Origin: Gekko japonicus
Taxonomy: Eukaryota
DNA: 64,000 bases
Assembly (NCBI RefSeq): GCF_001447785.1
Contig: NW_015173122.1
Span: 1,437,541-1,501,540, forward strand
Reading direction: 5' to 3'
The notes beneath the pieces were generated by a model. That model searched no databases, was not told where the DNA came from, and worked only from the letters and a program-made list of their open reading frames with translations. The translations under genes and the position numbers were made by a program. This document shows, piece by piece, positions 14,001 to 23,720 of this stretch. Numbering within the stretch: position 1 is the first letter of the stretch; each line of letters starts with the position of its first letter.

Positions 14001-17000
14001 TCTGGTGTTGTGCTAAAAGTATGCTTTTGAACATGTTCTTTTAAATAAATACTTCATAACTTTGGATACTGGTAGCGACTCTGTACCACACAGACCTCTG
14101 CCATTTTTAAAAGTGGGGTTTAAATGGGGCTACTTTAAAAGGGGCTCCAGGCGGGTTGGCAAGTGACTGTTCCCCCAGGGAGACCCAAGGCATTAATCTG
14201 TTCCCAGGCGCTGGGCAGTGGGAGACGCAGAGGCAAGGCCTCGGAAGGGGAGCTGGGGGTCCTGATCCTCCCAGCGGGAAGATCCCTACAACCATCAGGT
14301 GGTGGCGGCAGCTACCCTGAGAGTGAAAGAAAAGCCCCTCCAGGGAATTGGGAAGCCCTAGGAGGGCAGGGCAGAAGAAGGCCTGCAGGCCAGAGCAGGA
14401 ACGTTCTGCCACAACATCTAAAAAGCAGTGGTGGCCTTGTGAAAACGAAACCGTCTGTGCTAGACTGAAGTCAGTCTGGTGTAGTGGTTAGGAGCGGTTT
14501 GGTGTAGTGGTTAAGTGCGCAGACCCTAGTCTGGGAGACCGGGTTTGATTCCCCACTCCTCCACTTGCACCTGCTGGATGACTCCGGGCAAGCCATAGTT
14601 CTGGCACAGCTGGTCTTGAAAAAGAGCATTTTTTGTCAGAGCTCTCTCAGCCTCACCCGCTTCACAAAGGGCATCTGTTGTGAGGAGGGGAAGGGAGTTT
14701 GTAAGCTGCTCTGAGACTCCTTTAGATAGTGAAGGGCGGGGTATAAATCCAATCTCCTCCTCCTCCCTCTCTTAAGCCAGGCCTCCAGCCTTTGAGAGCA
14801 AAGGTGTCTGTGGAAAAGGGTTTCCAGATTCTTCCAGTTCCTAGCAGGGAAAAGGAAGCAAAGGCAAGCCATTCATTGTCCAGGGGATTGGGAATCCCTA
14901 GGAGGGCAGGGCAGAACAAGGCCTGCAGGCCAGAGCAGGAACGTTCTGCCACATCTAAAAAGCAGTGGTGGCTTTGTGAAAACGAAACAGTCTGTGCTAG
15001 ACTGAAGTCAGTCTGGTGTAGTGGTTAGGAGCGCGCCAGTTTAGTGTAGTGATAAGGAACACGGACTCTAATCTGGGAGAACTGGGTTTGATTCCCCACT
15101 CCTCCACTTGCACCTGCTGGATGACCTCGAGTAAGCCATAGTTCTATCAGGGCATTTCTTGAAAGAGCAGTCCTCTCAGAGCTCTCTTAGCCCCACCTAC
15201 CTCACAGGGTGTTTGTTGTGGGGAGGGGAAGGGAAAGGAGTTTGCAAGCCGCTCTGAGACTCCTCTGGGTAGTGAAGGGCAGGGTATAAATCCAATCTCC
15301 TCCTCCTCTTCTTCTTCCTCCCATGCTTAAGATGCTCAGGTCACAGCCAACAACCCCACTTTTGACACCATGGGGAAGCTGAAGCAATGCCGCCAAAGCC
15401 CAAGCAGCTCCCACAGATCAGGCAGGCCACGACTCAGGTTTCAACTGTGGGCTACCCCATTTTCTTATTTGATGGGTACCCTTGGAGAACTCCCAGACTC
15501 AAACTTAATCGCAGAGGTTGTCCTCCATGACCATGAGGGGATATGTGCGTGTGAGATGGTTTGGTTGCAGGCGCTTGCACGGCCGACTCAGCAAGCTGCT
15601 GCTTAGTTCTAAATAATAAACTGAAAAGCAAGTTATTTTTTCAGCTTGGGGCAGAAATTTTAAAGAAACCTGAGGCTTTTCAGCGTTCTCCTCTACAGAC
15701 TCGCTTAGTGGAACTGCCCCAATCAAGAACGGGAAGTGGGTGACACATGGAGACGCACTCAATTAGACTTCACCGGGGAATACCCTATTTGGGGGACACC
15801 CCTTTTTCTCCTTCCCCCTGCAGCCAAACCAGGCTGGAGGAATGGGCCTTGTATTACCTCATCCAGGATCTGGAGCAGTTTGCTGCGGAGCTCCTGGCTG
15901 TTCTCCGCAAGGGGATCCTTGAGTAGCTGCCGGAACTTTTCGATCACCTGGTAGAAGGCATTCTTCCACAGCAGCTGGTCCACGTTCTGGGTGTCAGCAA
16001 ACTCAATGTCGGTCAGGAGGCAATGCTCATAAAGCTGCAGCATCTCAGCTCTGGGGGGGGAAATCACACACCACAGTTGCTCCACAGGCACACACAGAGC
16101 AGCTCCAGCCCGGCTATGGCTGGGCCCACGGAAACACCTTCAAGACTTAATGCATCTGCACTCAGGAGACAGGATCCACATTTAAGTTCGCCATCAGCAG
16201 GAGGGAATTTTCATGCCACTCCCTTTCCTCTGCAGCCCCCCCCCCCCCCAAGGCCTCCCCGGGAAATAGGGGGGCCTTGAAACATGAATGGGGAGGTCTG
16301 CAGTGTGAAGGGGGAATTGGTGGAAACTGCCAGTTTAGTCTGGTTCCAACCCTTGAGTTCTCACTGGAGGAAAAACTGGGGGGGGGGGAGAGATATGGGA
16401 GCTCCTTTTCAAGGCAGGCACTCCTCCCCCCAGGGCCGTAGCCAGCGGTGAGGCGTGGAGGGCAGCACCCCTGTCGAATTTGAAGTGCCCCCGATCCCCC
16501 ATCCCAACAGTCCATGCTCAGCCTCTCTCGGCAGCACACAGAGTGCTGGGAAAGCCCCTCACCAACCCAGCTGTGAGTTGCAGCAAGGACGAGGCTGTGC
16601 AGCTCCCCGCTTCGGATTGCCCTTGCTCAGCAGAAGCTGCCGCATGAGAAGCGAGAGCTGGGTGAGCTGACCTGCCAGGATGGGCTGAGAGAGGGATGGA
16701 GGGGAGGCGGTGGCGAGTACATGAGAGGCGCTACCGCGCGGGGAGGCTATAGTTGGCACAGTGCAACGCCACGTGGCAGCCTTCAGGACTTGGTGGACAT
16801 GCTGAGAAGAGGAGCTGCGAGCGCACAACCAGGGCTGTCACGACACAAACTCCCCCTCCCCTCCCATGATAGCAGGGGAACAGGGGGGGGGGGGGGACAG
16901 TAGCAGGTTCTCACCCAGTGTGCCTGCGTGGTCATGTGACTTGTCATGTGACCCTCTCCCTCCCCTGCTCCGCTAATTTAATGTAAACAAAATACAATTT

Positions 17001-20000
17001 AATCAGCACCCCCAGGAAGCAGGCGCCCCCCAACAAAAAAAATCCTGGTTAAGGGGCTGCCTCCCTACAGCACCATGCCGAACAACATGTTCATATGAAC
17101 TTAGCCAGGAGGAGGTCCTGAAGTGGGAATCTGAGAGATGGGGGGGGGGAGAATGGGAGACCACCTTTAACCAAACCGCAGGGAAAGCAGAGAGACGTGT
17201 TACAGAAGTCTCTTTGCAGCAAGACACCTCCTGTCCCTGACTTCCTTGCTAGTCTTTCCAACAAAGAGACTGTCTGCCCTCTTTTGCTTGCTCCTTCTCT
17301 CAATCTTCCTTGAAGATTAATCTGGGACACAGCAAGTATCCCCTGCTCTCCCAAGAGAGGCCTCTGGGCAATGCAGAGAGTAGAACTGTTGGCCCTCTTC
17401 AGCAAAGAGTGTTGGAGGATTCCTGTCACCACCCTGAATAACATTATACTCTTCATATGCATGGACAGCATGTAAACAATACAGAAATGAAATACTCTTC
17501 TCCGCACGTGTAGTGTAGCAGGGACTGGATGAAGCCTGGGGAGACCTACATTCAAAAGCTCCTTAGTCATACACCTCACTGGGTGACTTTGAGCCAGGCA
17601 CACATACACGGAACGCTGTTGGGAGGATCAGGAACAGAGATCCCATGTGTGTCACCCTGAGCTCCTTGGAGAAAAACATTGTAGGCAAAACAGACAGGCA
17701 TGATGGAGAACAAGGAGGCAAGAGCCCACAGGTGGCAGAATGGACTTGCTGCATGCAGATTCCAGGACTATGTCCAAAAAAGTCATAGAAAACTCCCTGC
17801 AAATACAAAACTAGCATACCACGATTGTACCCCCCTCTACTTGCTTGCTGTCCTGGTTTTCTGTTTGCAGGGAGCTTTTTAACATAGGGGGTGTGTGTTC
17901 AAACATGTGACCATCCTTCTGTAGTCAAAGCGCTGCAGTCCATTCAACCTCCTCAGGGCTCTGCTACCTCCTTTCTATGAACGCCTGAACAAGTCCTAAG
18001 GCTCCCAATGTTGGAGTAACCCATCCAGGAGCCCTCGTTGCTTCCATGAGACTGTGCGGGCTGGATAAGAGTTCTTGTGCTGCTCCTTGCTGGCTAGCTT
18101 TAACACAGCACAACCAAACAGCCAGGCCGAGAAGCATCGGTCAGGATCCCAGAGCCCAGCCCTCCACCTCATTCCCAGCACATATTTTTGCCCTCACACC
18201 GGAAAGAAGCCTCAAACCTGAGCTGCCCCATCTTCTCCAGGCCCTCAGGACTGAGCCGGTCCCGAGAAAGGAGATTGCTCAGCTGCTGCTCCAAATTGCT
18301 GGCTTCACGAAGGACCTTCGTGAGCTCCTGCTGCTGTAGGCTCCGGACCTGCTGCTCCATCTCAGGGCTCAGAGGACTGGCCAGGAGGGGGATACAGAGA
18401 TAAGGCTCGGCTTGGTTCGGGTAGCCAGCAGGATAATAGGCACCTGGGAAAACCCCGTTGCTGGGACCCACTGGATACTGCAGTGAATATCCTGGGTAGG
18501 GGTAGGAGGAGGCCTGGCCCACGGGCCGCCCATAGTAGTAGGGGTTATCCGAGTTCTGGAACCTGTAGTAGGATGCCTGGGCCTGGCGGGTGTCACTCCG
18601 AGGCACAGGAGCCACCTCGTCATCCGTGTCTAGGAAGTGCAACTGGGTGGTCTGACTCTTCAGCGCTGGCTTCTGGTCTGGGTTATTAGGGTCCCAGAGT
18701 CGGCGGGCAGTGCCCCCTCGGCCCCTGCCCCGGGTCCCTTTGCTCCCACCTCCAAAGAGCAGCCTGGACCCTGTGTGGGGAGCCTCTGGAGAGCCAGCAC
18801 TACTAGAGGTAAAGTCCGTGTTAGCTGGGAGGACTAGGATGCCCCGGCCCCTCCCCGGGGGCTCCCTCCTCATGCCCCTCCCCTCTCCAGTCTCTGTGGA
18901 GTCACTCAAACTGGCTCCGGACAGCTTGCGCTTTTGCTGGTCCCCGTCCGTCATACACAGGAACTTCCTGTTTACGGCCCTGTCACCGTGCTGGGCTCCT
19001 TTGGTCTCCTTCCCATTGGTGGTCCTGGAAGCCCAGCTGTGCTCCGAGCACCGTTTGGTCTCTGAGTCCCTCCTGGGACCATGTGCCTCTGCCTCCGCAG
19101 TCCTGTCGTCATCAAAGGAGTCTGTGGAGGATGTAGAGAGCTGCTTCCGAGGATGAGGCCTTTCCTTTATCAGCTCCTGATGCCTCTTCCCCGCCTCTGC
19201 TTCCACCCGTACTCCATCTGTGCTGTTGTTGCTCCCAGCTGAACTGGTACTGCAGGTGCGGTATCGGTTCCGACGCTTGTCAGATCGCGAATAACGCTTC
19301 GGAGTGCTTAGCTTGCCATGGGCCGTATCCGAGCTACCTTTCCTGGCTTTGTCCGCTCGCTCGGCTCGCCTGCCTTTCTCCCCATGGGCAGGTTTGGTTC
19401 CCTCTTTGCTTAGGCTCCCTTCCCTCCCTTCTTGGGTTGCCTGATTTCTGCAGTTGTTATTGCGCTTTCCACTATCCCTTTCAGACTCTTCATCCCCCTC
19501 TCCCTTAATGGAAGGTTCCTTGGTAGCAGAGTGGCTGACGGCGGCCTCCTTGGGCAAGCTTTGCAGGCGTTTCCCAGGCTGGTAGATCTGCTGGTCAGGT
19601 TTCTTGACTCGCCTGACAATATTTGGACACGAGTCCTCAGGGGCATTCGTGTGGTCTTGAGGGGGTCCCATCCCAATGCCCTGTTCCGAAGGGCTGTTTG
19701 AATCCTGCTTGCTTCCTCCTTTTGGGCCTTGAGATTTGTGGGATGCCTCTTTGCTGGGAGTGGCAGAAGGGCCCCTGTCTTCAGCCACTCTGTCCTTGGC
19801 TTCTTCAGACCCGGAAGGCTCCTGCTTTTCTAAGACGTGCTTGTTACGCAGCCGGGAGAGGCCAGGTTTGTAGATTTCAAGGTCTGGGCGCCTATTGTCC
19901 TTGCGATGTCGGGGTTCCTTCCTGGTCTCTACAAAACAAAAAGCACATGCAAATGGTTGGTTGTACAGTGGACAAAGAAAAAGACCATGCAGAGGCAGAA

Positions 20001-23000
20001 CAGATTGGAAACTGGCAAGACATTACAAACACACATTTGCCTCTGAATGCATTCTTTATTTCATGATGGCTGCCCTATAGACCCTAAAGGACAAGAAATG
20101 GCAGCTGTTTGCACTTGGATTTCCTTCAGCTCTTTCCCACAAGGCTTAATTTGGGGGGTAAATCAGATATTGTGTATTGCTTTGAATCCTTTCAAGACAG
20201 AGAAGCCAACCAACAAATATCCCATATGTCTTTTAGGTCAATACAGCAAGACGTTTTCAGCTCCACAGATCTCTGCACAAGTAAAACTTCTGTGTTGTTT
20301 GAAAAGTCGCAAGCTGTAAGCCACCTCTTGAGCAGATCCCTGAAGAGGCAGCATATACATTTCCCCAAATAAATACAGATTCCTACACCAACCTAAGTCA
20401 GTCCAAGAACAGCCTTACTTGAATCTTGCTCCATTTCTACATCATCAAACACTTGATGATGCCCCAGACAACAAGAAGTAGAGCCTGCCAAGAGCCAAAG
20501 GCCAGGAAAGAGCCAGTCTGGGGCCTTCTGAGCTCCTTCTGCATGCCACAATTCCATGTAAATCCACAAGCTTGGCTCACAATTTTTCCATTTCATTGGT
20601 GAAACAACCAGGGATGTGTTTGCTGCTTGGACTCCCTCAAAGCTGGTGGCTGATTATTACTCTGAGGCTTGTTTTATGCAGACCTGTGAACAACAGGTGT
20701 CAAAAGTGTGATGCTGCCTATTTCTCCTTCTCAAGAAACCAAATGTATGCCTAGCTCTCCAGAACCACAGTGGCTGTGAACTGAACAGCCACTGCTTCTA
20801 CAGCCCCCCCCCCAATGTTTCTTGTTGGTTTCTCCCCACCCCTACATTTTATTTAATATTTTATCCTGCCCTTCCCTCTAAGAATTTCAAGACACACGTG
20901 GCTCTCCTTTCCCCATTTTATCCTCACAACCTACTGAGATAGGCTAGACTGAGAGTATGTGACCAGCCCGAGGGCACTAAAGCAAGCTTCACACCACAGC
21001 TGGGGTATCCCAGATACCACTGTAACGCTATACCACATCTGTCCAGAATCACTATGGCAGAGCTAGAACTGACCTTCCGCAGAAGAGAACATCCCAGCTG
21101 TGGCCAATACCTTCTGCTGGTTAAGCTCTGTGTGCCACTACCAACCCGCAGGATACAAGTAATGTCAGACACCTCCAACTGTTCTCAGCTCCCAGACATC
21201 AGAACACTGGGGGAAGCTGTGACCTTGGCAACAGAGCCCTGGCCATGGCAGAGTTCTGGAACAAACAAGGTGACTACTGGAACTAGTTTTGCTAGGGAAA
21301 GTTTCCTTAACTTCTGAGCAAGGCTTCAACGGAGCTAGAGGTCAGCCTCAAAACGTATTTTTAATGAATGTAAACAAGGGGTCCATTTAACTGTTACAGT
21401 AAACTGCAGTTACCAAGACTCAAATAGAAAACATGGTAAACTGTAACAAGCAAAGTACTTTTAAGAATATATAAAGTATCAACAAGTTACTCTACTTCCA
21501 AGGAGCAGCCTGCAAAGCCACCCAATTATTTTTAAAGCACTTATTGCTGAGACCCCCTCAAGGACCACCAGGCTGCTACACTAGCACATGGGGAGGGAGA
21601 AACCTGGGAGTTTTTCAGCCGCATATCTAGGATGGGGTGCAGCAAGCCATAGTTACTTGCTGGTGATGGGATACAGATGTTACTTGGGGTTCAGGATGTA
21701 TTTAGCATTTGAGGGAATTCTTCACCAAGGAGGCCACATACTGCAGAACTCAGAAAGAACACAGCTTAGAAACTGCAAGAGCAAAACTTCAAGGCCCACC
21801 TCCATACTAGAGTTACTGGCTTTGGGTAGACAAAGTATATCCAGAACAAAACTTTCTTGGTCTTAAAGGTGCAACTGGACTCTCAAACTTTGTTCTGCTC
21901 TATTTGTGGTAAGACAATATGGTTAGAGAAGAAGAGTTACGTTTGAGGAAATATTTCTACTGGATTGGCATCACTGAAAACACCTACAACCCAATGCAAG
22001 AGTTAAATGCACACTAAAATGTGTGGACTTCACACACATCTCTAGATCTTTATTGGCTAGTGGTCAAGAGTTCAAAATCAGAGGAGTTAGAGCCACGTTC
22101 ACTTTATACCCTTTGACACATCCTTCTCTTATCCTGTTTTTCCCAACAGCAAAATGAGAATTTATTACCAACATCCCAGGACTTTTGTGGGGGCAAAACA
22201 CAATAAAAGATCTTAAAAATAAACCACACCAACACAAACGTGTGTGTGCACTATGTCTTTTATATACCCGTGTAGCTGCATATATCACCAAAAAACTTTA
22301 TATATATAATGCATACAGCACTTCTATATGATGTGTACATTCTGAGAGAAGAAATACAACTAGAAATCACCAACCAATTCTACTTTTAAGAATATGAAAT
22401 ATTGCAGAAAAGATCATGTAACACAGTCCAGCATCTTCTCCCATACAGGGATCACCCTGTCCCAGGACTCCAATATGAGGTTAAGTTTCACGCCCCACGT
22501 CTCAGAGCATTAGATTTAAGGATTATGATAGTGTTATAAAGTAGATTCGATGGTTCTTGCATTGTGAAGTGACCCAAAGCGGCATATAAATGAAAACCAC
22601 AACAAGTTCTCCCTGTTTGACTATCGGAGCAAAGACAAAAAAACAGTTTCCATGATGTTTTGTGCTTTCATGCCAATAAAAGTTGTGTTTGTGTGTGTGG
22701 ACAAAAGCACAGCCTGGCAGTCCCAGAAACACTCGTTTAGGTTTTGCGGCCACAGTCCTACTGCTGGAAGAGAGAAAACGCGCGGTTTACGGAGCTCCAA
22801 AGGGGGCTTGTGACAGGGCGCAGCCAAACCAGCAGCCACCCTCAACTGAAAAGGCTAAAGTAGAAGAGAGGTATTGGGCCGCCAAATCTCCCAGTCCAGC
22901 ACCAGCGACGAAAGGCTCATAGTCGCTTCACGAGATGCTGCCTGGGCGGGCTCCGATTAAGGGGGATGATAAACGGCAGGCGCCCGCCCCGCTGTGTCCC

Positions 23001-23236
23001 CCCCCCCCTCCGGTGGAGTCTCGCCTCGCCACACCCCCGTCCCGCGCTAATAGAAGAGAGAAGCGGGATGAGCTCCGAGGAAAGAAGCAGGCCGCTCACA
23101 CGAGCACGGATGATCCCGACCCGCCCTCCCGGGCCTCACCTGGGCCGCCCCTCCCCAACGCCGCTTCCGCCGCCAGAATCCCCCTTCTCAACTCCGCAGC
23201 CGAAACACGGACCCTCTCCAGCTCCGTTGCCGCCAT
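1854..23236 (-). CDS. SMG6: SMG6 / EST1A nonsense-mediated decay endonuclease, exons 1-8 (3' part, including the PIN domain, lies left of the window)
   Basis: Exons 23140-23236, 18218-19928, 15858-16050, 12470-12580, 3770-3876, 2824-2902, 2153-2263, 1854-2048; all GT-AG and in phase. Motifs: EJC-binding RRPDLEIYKPG and KKPDQQIYQPGKR; 14-3-3-like domain QNVDQLLWKNAFYQVIE, WYLKAQHVAPKNGRPYNQLA, RRKLDAVYYYMRSLAASNP. Confidence 0.97.
2153..2263 (-). CDS. SMG6: SMG6 exon 7
   Basis: RRKLDAVYYYMRSLAASNPILTAKESLMSLFEEIKRK. Confidence 0.95.
2824..2902 (-). CDS. SMG6: SMG6 exon 6
   Basis: WYLKAQHVAPKNGRPYNQLALLAVYT. Confidence 0.95.
3770..3876 (-). CDS. SMG6: SMG6 exon 5
   Basis: VKYALISAQRSLICQGDICRYREQGSDTANYGKAR. 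Confidence 0.95.
4204..4486 (-). mobile_element. tRNA-derived SINE
   Basis: A-box TGGTGTAGTGG head and (TCT)n tail. Confidence 0.88.
4571..5670 (-). mobile_element. Internally deleted DIRS (tyrosine-recombinase) retrotransposon
   Basis: Inverted terminal repeats at about 4605-5020 and 5490-5670; 3' extension CAGTTACAGGTAAGCAACCTGTTTTT; Cys-rich gag N-terminus FKRCLRC...DGHSCCLRCLGE...CHHC...ARKNRAA (ORF 4961-5431). Confidence 0.82.
4717..4922 (+). mobile_element. hAT MITE (CAGTGTTCCCTCTAAG TIR) nested in the DIRS ITR
   Basis: 8-bp TSD CTCCACAG at 4709-4716 and 4923-4930. Confidence 0.9.
6358..6565 (-). mobile_element. hAT MITE, same family
   Basis: TIRs plus 8-bp TSD CTCACGGT. Confidence 0.9.
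6697..10000 (-). mobile_element. L2-clade LINE, near full-length, frameshifted
   Basis: APE motif NARSINNK...CVTETW; RT motifs NYRPVSNL, QSGFRPGH, LDLSAAFDT, GVPQG, YADD; C-terminal SRLDYCN; (TAAA)n tail near 6697. Confidence 0.92.
10577..11205 (+). mobile_element. tRNA-derived SINE split by a solo LTR
   Basis: SINE body 10577-10796 resumes at 11151 (GAGTAGTGAAGGGCGGG...). Confidence 0.85.
10797..11150 (+). mobile_element. Solo LTR (354 bp)
   Basis: TG...CA ends; TATAAAATAAA signal near 11072; 4-bp TSD CTTT/CTTC; cleanly interrupts a SINE. Confidence 0.72.
11508..11787 (-). mobile_element. tRNA-derived SINE
   Basis: Same family; head-to-head with the next copy. Confidence 0.88.
11926..12209 (+). 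mobile_element. tRNA-derived SINE
   Basis: CAGTTTGGTGGAGTGGTTAAG...GGTTTGATTCCCC (A and B boxes). Confidence 0.88.
12470..12580 (-). CDS. SMG6: SMG6 exon 4
   Basis: GTLFFDGLLQKLQVSYQFKLEDYMDGMAVRSKPLRKM. Confidence 0.95.
13430..13560 (-). mobile_element. CR1 LINE 3' end
   Basis: (ATTCTATG)n-type tail on the minus strand and TCTAGTCCAACCCC motif. Confidence 0.75.
13578..13931 (+). mobile_element. Sauria SINE (Squam1-type)
   Basis: CTGCCAACCTAGCAGTTCGAAAGC core; (ACCTTT)n tail; TSD TAGGGCATG. Confidence 0.9.
14469..14770 (+). mobile_element. tRNA-derived SINE with doubled 5' head
   Basis: TGGTGTAGTGGTTA occurs twice at the head. Confidence 0.85.
15007..15320 (+). mobile_element. tRNA-derived SINE with doubled 5' head
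   Basis: As above. Confidence 0.85.
15858..16050 (-). CDS. SMG6: SMG6 exon 3
   Basis: AEMLQLYEHCLLTDIEFADTQNVDQLLWKNAFYQVIEKFRQ. Confidence 0.95.
18218..19928 (-). CDS. SMG6: SMG6 exon 2 (large N-terminal exon)
   Basis: RKDNRRPDLEIYKPGLSRLRNK ... RRLWDPNNPDQKPAL ... LEKMGQLR; TTTGTAG acceptor. Confidence 0.95.
23140..23236 (-). CDS. SMG6: SMG6 exon 1 (coding part)
   Basis: MAATELERVRVSAAELRRGIL; GTGAGG donor; CpG-rich. Confidence 0.93.
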
Positions 23237-23520
23237 TTTACTTCCCGGCACTAGGGAAACGGACGGCGGCCGCGAAGGGCCAATCCCGTGCAAAGGAGCT
23301 TGGGAGTTTCTATAAGCACGCGCTGCGGCCCCACCCTTCTTTGGCGCTTCGCCGGAAGCGGAACAAAAGGCTATTGTGAAGGAGAGCCGGAGCCAGCCAT
23401 AGACGGCGAAAGCAGGCGTCAACGGGAACGCGCGGCCCGGCCTGGAAGCCCTTCTGCAAATAGCCGGGACTGTGGCATCTACGAAGCGGCGTAGAAGCCG
23501 AGCGAAGAACATGCATGCAT
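23225..23520 (-). promoter_or_regulatory. SMG6 CpG-island promoter
   Basis: CpG-rich; YY1-type AAAATGGCGGC over the start codon; ETS-type CCGGAAG near 23351. Confidence 0.7.
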
Positions 23521-23720
23521 GGATGGGTTGCTGCTGCGAGATTCGTCAGTAGTTCAGCAGCTCGAGACCCAAGTGTGCCGCATGACGGAGTGAGCTCCCG
23601 TCTCTAGTTCCAGTTCCTGCCAACCTAGCAGTTCGAAAGCAAGAAATTGCAAGTAGATAAATAGGTACCACTTCAGTGGGAAGGTAACAGCATTCCGTGC
23701 ACCTCAGCATAAATGCCGGC

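Noticed and set aside
18169-19788. 539-aa ORF as a stand-alone gene
   Set aside because: It is the interior of SMG6 exon 2; the true boundaries are splice sites at 19928 and 18218.
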